Below are positions 57,101 through 64,000 of a stretch of DNA of 64,000 bases, in pieces. The notes under the pieces were generated by a model, which ran no database searches, was not told the DNA's origin, and was given only the letters and a program-made list of their open reading frames with translations. A program made the position numbers and the translations under genes. Within the stretch, counting starts at the first letter, position 1. Each line of letters starts with the position of its first letter. The DNA comes from Nemertoderma westbladi. Lineage: Eukaryota > Animalia > Xenacoelomorpha. The stretch spans positions 1-64,000 of the forward strand of contig JAUCBJ010008678.1 of assembly GCA_032718475.1 (NCBI GenBank), in the 5' to 3' direction.

Positions 57101-57399
57101 AACCGTCATTAGGACTACTTCTACCTAATGTAGATTCCTTCTCGGTCAGCTGACCCGTCATTAGGACTACTTCTACCTAATGTAGATTCCTTCCCGGTCA
57201 GCTGACCCGTCATTAGGACTACTTCTACCTAAGGTAGATTCCTTCTCGGTCAGCTGAACCGTCATTAGGACTACTTCTACCTAATGTAGATTCCTTCTCG
57301 GTCAGCTGACCCGTCATTAGGACTACTTCTACCTAATGTAGATTCCTTCTCGGTCAGCTGACCCGTCATTAGGACTACTTCTACCTAATGTAGATTCCT

Positions 57400-60300
57400 T
57401 CCCGGTCAGCTGACCCGTCATTAGGACTACTTCTACCTAAGGTAGATTCCTTCTCGGTCAGCTGAACCGTCATTAGGACTACTTCTACCTAATGTAGATT
57501 CCTTCTCGGTCAGCTGACCCGTCATTAGGACTACTTCTACCTAATGTAGATTCCTTCCCGGTCAGCTGAACCGTCATTAGGACTACTTCTACCTAATGTA
57601 GATTCCTTCTCGGTCAGCTGACCCGTCATTAGGACTACTTCTACCTAATGTAGATTCCTTCTCGGTCAGCTGACCCGTCATTAGGACTACTTCTACCTAA
57701 TGTAGATTCCTTCCCGCTCAGCTGACCCGTCATTAGGACTACTTCTACCTAATGTAGATTCCTTCTCGGTCAGCTGACCCGTCATTAGGACTACTTCTAC
57801 CTAAGTTAGATTCCTTCTCGGTCAGCTGACCCGTCATTAGGACTACTTCTACCTAAGGTAGAATCCTTCTAGGACAGCTGACCCGTCATTAGGAATACTT
57901 CTACCTAAGGTAGAATCCTTCTAGGACAGCTGACCCGTCATTAGGACTACTTCTACCTAATGTAGATTCCTTCTCGGTCAGCTGACCCGTCATTAGGACT
58001 ACTTCTACCTAATGTAGATTCCTTCTCGGTCAGCTGACCCGTCATTAGGACTACTTCTACCTAAGGTAGAATCCTTCTAGGACAGCTGACCCGTCATTAG
58101 GACTACTTCTACCTAAGGTAGAATCCTTCTAGGACAGCTGACCCGTCATTAGGACTACTTCTACCTAAGGTAGATTCCTTCCCGGTCAGCTGACCCGTCA
58201 TTAGGACTACTTCTACCTAATGTAGATTCCTTCTCGGTCAGCTGACCCGTCATTAGGACTACTTCTACCTAATGTAGATTCCTTCTCGGTCAGCTGAACC
58301 GTCATTAGGACTACTTCTACCTAATGTAGATTCCTTCTCGGTCAGCTGACCCTTCATTAGGACTACTTCTACCTAATGTAGATTCCTTCTCGGTCAGCTG
58401 ACCCTTCATTAGGACTACTTCTACCTAAGGTAGATTCCTTCTCGGTCAGCTGACCCGTCATTAGGACTACTTCTACCTAATGTAGATTCCTTCTCGGTCA
58501 GCTGACCCATCATTAGGACTACTTCTACCTAATGTAGATTCCTTCTTGGACAGCCGACCCGTCATTAGGACTACTTCTACCTAAGGTAGAATCCTTCTAG
58601 GACAGCTGACCCGTCATTAGGACTACTTCTACCTAAGGTAGATTCCTTCCCGGTCAGCTGACCCGTCATTAGGACTACTTCTACCTAAGGTAGAATCCTT
58701 CTAGGACAGCTGACCCGTCATTAGGACTACTTCTACCTAATGTAGATTCCTTCTCGGTCAGCTGAACCGTCATTAGGACTACTTCTACCTAATGTAGATT
58801 CCTTCTCGGTCAGCTGAACCGTCATTAGGACTACTTCTACCTAAGGTAGATTCCTTCTCGGTCAGCTGACCCGTCATTAGGACTACTTCTACCTAAGGTA
58901 GATTCCTTCTCGGTCAGCTGACCCGTCATTAGGACTACTTCTACCTAAGGTAGAATCCTTCTAGGACAGCTGACCCGTCATTAGGACTACTTCTACATAA
59001 GGTAGATTCCTTCTCGGTCAGCTGACCCGTCATTAGGACTACTTCTACCTAAGGTAGAATCCTTCTAGGACAGCTGACCCGTCATTAGGACTACTTCTAC
59101 CTAATGTAGATTCCTTCTCGGTCAGCTGACCCGTCATTAGGACTACTTCTACCTAAGGTAGATTCCTTCTCGGTCAGCTGACCCGTCATTAGGACTACTT
59201 CTACCTAATGTAGATTCCTTCTCGGTCAGCTGACCCATCATTAGGACTACTTCTACCTAATGTAGATTCCTTCTTGGACAGCCGACCCGTCATTAGGACT
59301 ACTTCTACCTAAGGTAGAATCCTTCTAGGACAGCTGACCCGTCATTAGGACTACTTCTACCTAAGGTAGATTCCTTCCCGGTCAGCTGACCCGTCATTAG
59401 GACTACTTCTACCTAAGGTAGAATCCTTCTAGGACAGCTGACCCGTCATTAGGACTACTTCTACCTAATGTAGATTCCTTCTCGGTCAGCTGAACCGTCA
59501 TTAGGACTACTTCTACCTAATGTAGATTCCTTCTCGGTCAGCTGAACCGTCATTAGGACTACTTCTACCTAAGGTAGATTCCTTCTCGGTCAGCTGACCC
59601 GTCATTAGGACTACTTCTACCTAAGGTAGATTCCTTCTCGGTCAGCTGACCCGTCATTAGGACTACTTCTACCTAAGGTAGAATCCTTCTCGGTCAGCTG
59701 ACCCGTCATTAGGACTACTTCTACATAAGGTAGATTCCTTCTCGGTCAGCTGACCCGTCATTAGGACTACTTCTACCTAAGGTAGATTCCTTCTCGGTCA
59801 GCTGAACCGTCATTAGGACTACTTCTACCTAATGTAGATTCCTTCTCGGTCAGCTGACCCGTCATTAGGACTACTTCTACCTAATGTAGATTCCTTCCCG
59901 GTCAGCTGAACCGTCATTAGGACTACTTCTACCTAATGTAGATTCCTTCTCGGTCAGCTGACCCGTCATTAGGACTACTTCTACCTAATGTAGATTCCTT
60001 CTCGGTCAGCTGACCCGTCATTAGGACTACTTCTACCTAATGTAGATTCCTTCCCGCTTAGCTGACCCGTCATTAGGACTACTTCTACCTAATGTAGATT
60101 CCTTCTCGGTCAGCTGACCCGTCATTAGGACTACTTCTACCTAAGGTAGATTCCTTCTCGGTCAGCTGACCCGTCATTAGGACTACTTCTACCTAAGGTA
60201 GAATCCTTCTAGGACAGCTGACCCGTCATTAGGAATACTTCTACCTAAGGTAGAATCCTTCAAGGACAGCTGACCCGTCATTAGGACTACTTCTACCTAA

Positions 60301-60500
60301 TGTAGATTCCTTCTCGGTCAGCTGACCCGTCATTAGGACTACTTCTACCTAATGTAGATTCCTTCTCGGTCAGCTGACCCGTCATTAGGACTACTTCTAC
60401 CTAAGGTAGAATCCTTCTAGGACAGCTGACCCGTCATTAGGACTACTTCTACCTAAGGTAGAATCCTTCTAGGACAGCTGACCCGTCATTAGGACTACTT
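57400..60500. repeat. Nested duplications, offsets 2340 bp (45 monomers) and 728 bp (14 monomers)
   Basis: ttcccgct 57711/60051 and ggaatac 57892/60232 (offset 2340); cagccgacc 58555/59283 and ctacataagg 58997/59725 (offset 728). Confidence 0.85.
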
Positions 60501-63500
60501 CTACCTAATGTAGATTGCTTCTCGGTCAGCTGACCCGTCATTAGGACTACTTCTACCTAATGTAGATTCCTTCTCGGTCAGCTGACCCGTCATTAGGACT
60601 ACTTCTACCTAATGTAGATTCCTTCTCGGTCAGCTGACCCGTCATTAGGACTACTTCTACCTAAGGTAGATTCCTTCCCGGTCAGCTGACCCGTCATTAG
60701 GACTACTTCTACCTAATGTAGATTCCTTCTCGGTCAGCTGACCCGTCATTAGGACTACTTCTACCTAAGGTAGATTCCTTCCCGGTCAGCTGACCGGTCA
60801 TTAGGACTACTTCTACCTAAGGTAGAATCTTTCTAGGACAGCTGACCCGTCATTAGGACTACTTCTACCTAATGTAGATTCCTTCTCGGTCAGCTGACCC
60901 GTCATTAGGACTACTTCTACCTAATGTAGATTCCTTCTCGGTCAGCTGACCCGTCATTAGGACTACTTCTACCTAAGGTAGATTCCTTCCCGGTCAGCTG
61001 ACCCGTCATTAGGACTACTTCTACCTAATGTAGATTCCTTCTCGGTCAGCTGACCCGTCATTAGGACTACTTCTACCTAAGGTAGATTCCTTCCCGGTCA
61101 GCTGACCGGTCATTAGGACTACTTCTACCTAAGGTAGAATCTTTCTAGGACAGCTGACCCGTCATTAGGACTACTTCTACCTAATGTAGATTCCTTCTCG
61201 GTCAGCTGACCCGTCATTAGGACTACTTCTACCTAAGGTAGATTCCTTCTCGGTCAGCTGGCCCGTCATTAGGACTACTTCTACCTAATGTAGATTGCTT
61301 CTCGGTCAGCTGACCCGTCATTAGGACTACTTCTACCTAAGGTAGATTGCTTCTCGGACAGCTGACCCGTCATTAGGACTACTTCTACCTAAGATAGATT
61401 CCTTCTCAATCAGCTGACCCGTCATTAGGACTACTTCTACCTAAGGTAGATTCCTTCTCGGTCAGCTGACCCGTCATTAGGACTACTTCTACCTAATGTA
61501 GATTCCTTCTCGGTCAGCTGACCCGTCATTAGGACTACTTCTACCTAAGATAGATTCCTTCTCAATCAGCTGACCCGTCATTAGGACTACTTCTACCTAA
61601 GGTAGATTCCTTCCCGGTCAGCTGACCGGTCATTAGGACACTTCTAAATAAGGTAGATTCCTTCTAGGACAGCTGACCCGTCATTAGGACTACTTCTACC
61701 TAAGGTAGATTGCTTCTCGGACAGCTGACCCGTCATTAGGACTACTTCTACCTAAGATAGATTCCTTCTCAATCAGCTGACCCGTCATTAGGACTACTTC
61801 TACCTAAGGTAGATTCCTTCTCGGTCAGCTGACCCGTCATTAGGACTACTTCTACCTAATGTAGATTCCTTCTCGGTCAGCTGACCCGTCATTAGGACTA
61901 CTTCTACCTAAGATAGATTCCTTCTCAATCAGCTGACCCGTCATTAGGACTACTTCTACCTAAGGTAGATTCCTTCTCGGTCAGCTGACCCGTCATTAGG
62001 ACTACTTCTACCTAAGATAGATTCCTTCTCAATCAGCTGACCCGTCATTAGGACTACTTCTACGTAATGTAGATTCCTTCTCGGTCAGCTGACCCGTCAT
62101 TAGGACTACTTCTACCTAAGGCAGATTCCTTCTCGGTCAGCTGAACCGTCATTAGGACTACTTCTACCTAATGTAGATCGCTTCTCGGTCAGCTGACCCG
62201 TCATTAGGACTACTTCTACCTAAGGTAGATTCCTTCTCGGTCAGCTGACCCGTCATTAGGACTACTTCTACCTAATGTAGATTCCTTCTCGGTCAGCTGA
62301 CCCGTCATTAGGACTACTTCTACCTAAGATAGATTCCTTCTCAATCAGCTGACCCGTCATTAGGACTACTTCTACCTAATGTAGATTCCTTCTTGGACAG
62401 CTGACCCGTCATTAGGACTACTTCTACCTGATGTAGATTCCTTCTCGGTCAGCTGACCCGTCATTAGGACTACTTCTACCTAAGGTAGATTCCTTCTCGG
62501 TCAGCTGACCCGTCATTAGGACTACTTCTACCTAATGTAGATTCCTTCTCGGTCAGCTGACCCGTCATTAGGACTACTTCTACCTAAGATAGATTCCTTC
62601 TCAATCAGCTGACCCGTCATTAGGACTACTTCTACCTAAGGTAGATTCCTTCTCGGTCAGCTGACCCGTCATTAGGACTACTTCTACCTGATGTAGATTC
62701 CTTCTCGGTCAGCTGACCCGTCATTAGGACTACTTCTACCTAAGATAGATTCCTTCTCAATCAGCTGACCCGTCATTAGGACTACTTCTACCTAATGTAG
62801 ATTCCTTCTTGGACAGCTGACCCGTCATTAGGACTACTTCTACCTGATGTAGATTCCTTCTCGGTCAGCTGACCCGTCATTAGGACTACTTCTACCTAAG
62901 GTAGATTCCTTCTCTGACAGCTGACCCGTCATTAGGACTACTTCTACCTAAGGTAGATTTCTTCTCGGTCAGCTGATCCGTCATTAGGACTACTTCTACC
63001 TAAGGTAGATTGCTTCTCGGTCAGCTGACCCGTCATTAGGAATACTTCTACCTAATGTAGATTCCTTCTCGGTCAGCTGACCCGTCATTAGGACTACTTC
63101 TACCTAAGGTATATTCCTTCTCAATCAGCTGACCCGTCATTAGGACTACTTCTACCTAAGGTAGATTCCTTCTCGGTCAGCTGACCCGTCATTAGGACTA
63201 CTTCTACCTAAGGTAGATTGCTTCTCGGTCAGCTGACCCGTCATTAGGAATACTTCTACCTAATGTAGATTCCTTCTCGGTCAGCTGACCCGTCATTAGG
63301 ACTACTTCTACCTAAGGTAGATTCCTTCTCAATCAGCTGACCCGTCATTAGGACTACTTCTACCTAATGTAGATTCCTTCTCGGTCAGCTGAACCGTCAT
63401 TAGGACTACTTCTACCTAATGTAGATTCCTTCTCGGTCAGCTGACCCTTCATTAGGACTACTTCTACCTAAGGTAGATTGCTTCTCGGTCAGCTGACCCT

Positions 63501-64000
63501 TCATTAGGACTACTTCTACCTAAGGTAGATTGCTTCTCGGTCAGCTGACCCGTCATTAGGACTACTTCTACCTAAGGTAGATTCCTTCTCGGACAGCTGA
63601 CCCGTCATTAGGACTACTTCTACCTAAGGTAGATTGCTTCTCGGTCAGCTGACCCGTCATTAGGACTACTTCTACCTAAGGTAGATTCCTTCTCGGACAG
63701 CTGACCCGTCATTAGGACTACTTCTACCTAAGGTAGATTCCTTCTCGGTCATCTGACCCGTCATTAGGACTACTTCTACCTAAGGTAGATTGCTTCTCGG
63801 TCAGCTGACCCGTCATTAGGACTACTTCTACCTAAGGTAGATTCCTTCTCGGACAGCTGACCCGTCATTAGGACTACTTCTACCTAAGGTAGATTCCTTC
63901 TCGGTCAGCTGAACCGTCATTAGGACTACTTCTACCTAAGGTAGATTCCTTCTCGGTCAGCTGACCCGTCATTAGGACTACTTCTACCTAAGGTAGATTG

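Larger units (their letters stand above)
429..64000. repeat. 52-bp tandem satellite array, about 1,220 copies, runs off the right edge of the window
   Basis: The monomer starts at 429, 481, 533 and so on (period 52) and continues without inversion or foreign insertion to 64000. Differences between copies are point variants and rare 1-7 bp indels. Confidence 0.99.

Noticed and set aside
429-64000. CRISPR array
   Set aside because: There are no unique spacers (the whole 52 bp is repeated), no cas genes in the window, and about 1,220 near-identical units fit a satellite.
429-64000. Pure sequencing concatemer or rolling-circle artefact
   Set aside because: Variants are linked in haplotypes, confined to regions and repeated in ordered blocks, which random error would not produce. 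Local misassembly cannot be excluded without reads.
429-64000. T/G and C/G alleles as a deliberate binary code or synthetic data store
   Set aside because: The patterns I could follow are explained by nested duplication and local spread. I saw no framing or index structure.

Overview
This window is almost entirely one tandem satellite DNA array. Bases 1-428 are unique non-coding sequence. From 429 to the window end there are about 1,220 head-to-tail copies (63,572/52) of a 52-bp monomer, consensus TGACCCGTCATTAGGACTACTTCTACCTAA[T/G]GTAGATT[C/G]CTTCTCGGTCAGC, 46-48% GC, all in one orientation. I find no credible gene, RNA gene or CRISPR array; the three 64-aa ORFs are by-products of 1-bp-shorter monomers. 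The interest lies in the array's structure. The monomer is tiled by five overlapping inverted repeats. The commonest polymorphism (unit position 31, T/G) switches between two mutually exclusive hairpins, and many rarer variants also perfect a local palindrome. Variants form regional domains and 0.7-3.1 kb block duplications, and some multi-variant monomers recur 33-55 kb apart. A eukaryotic, possibly arthropod, origin is a weak inference only. All counts and offsets were done by eye. Unit positions are numbered from the T of TGACCC.
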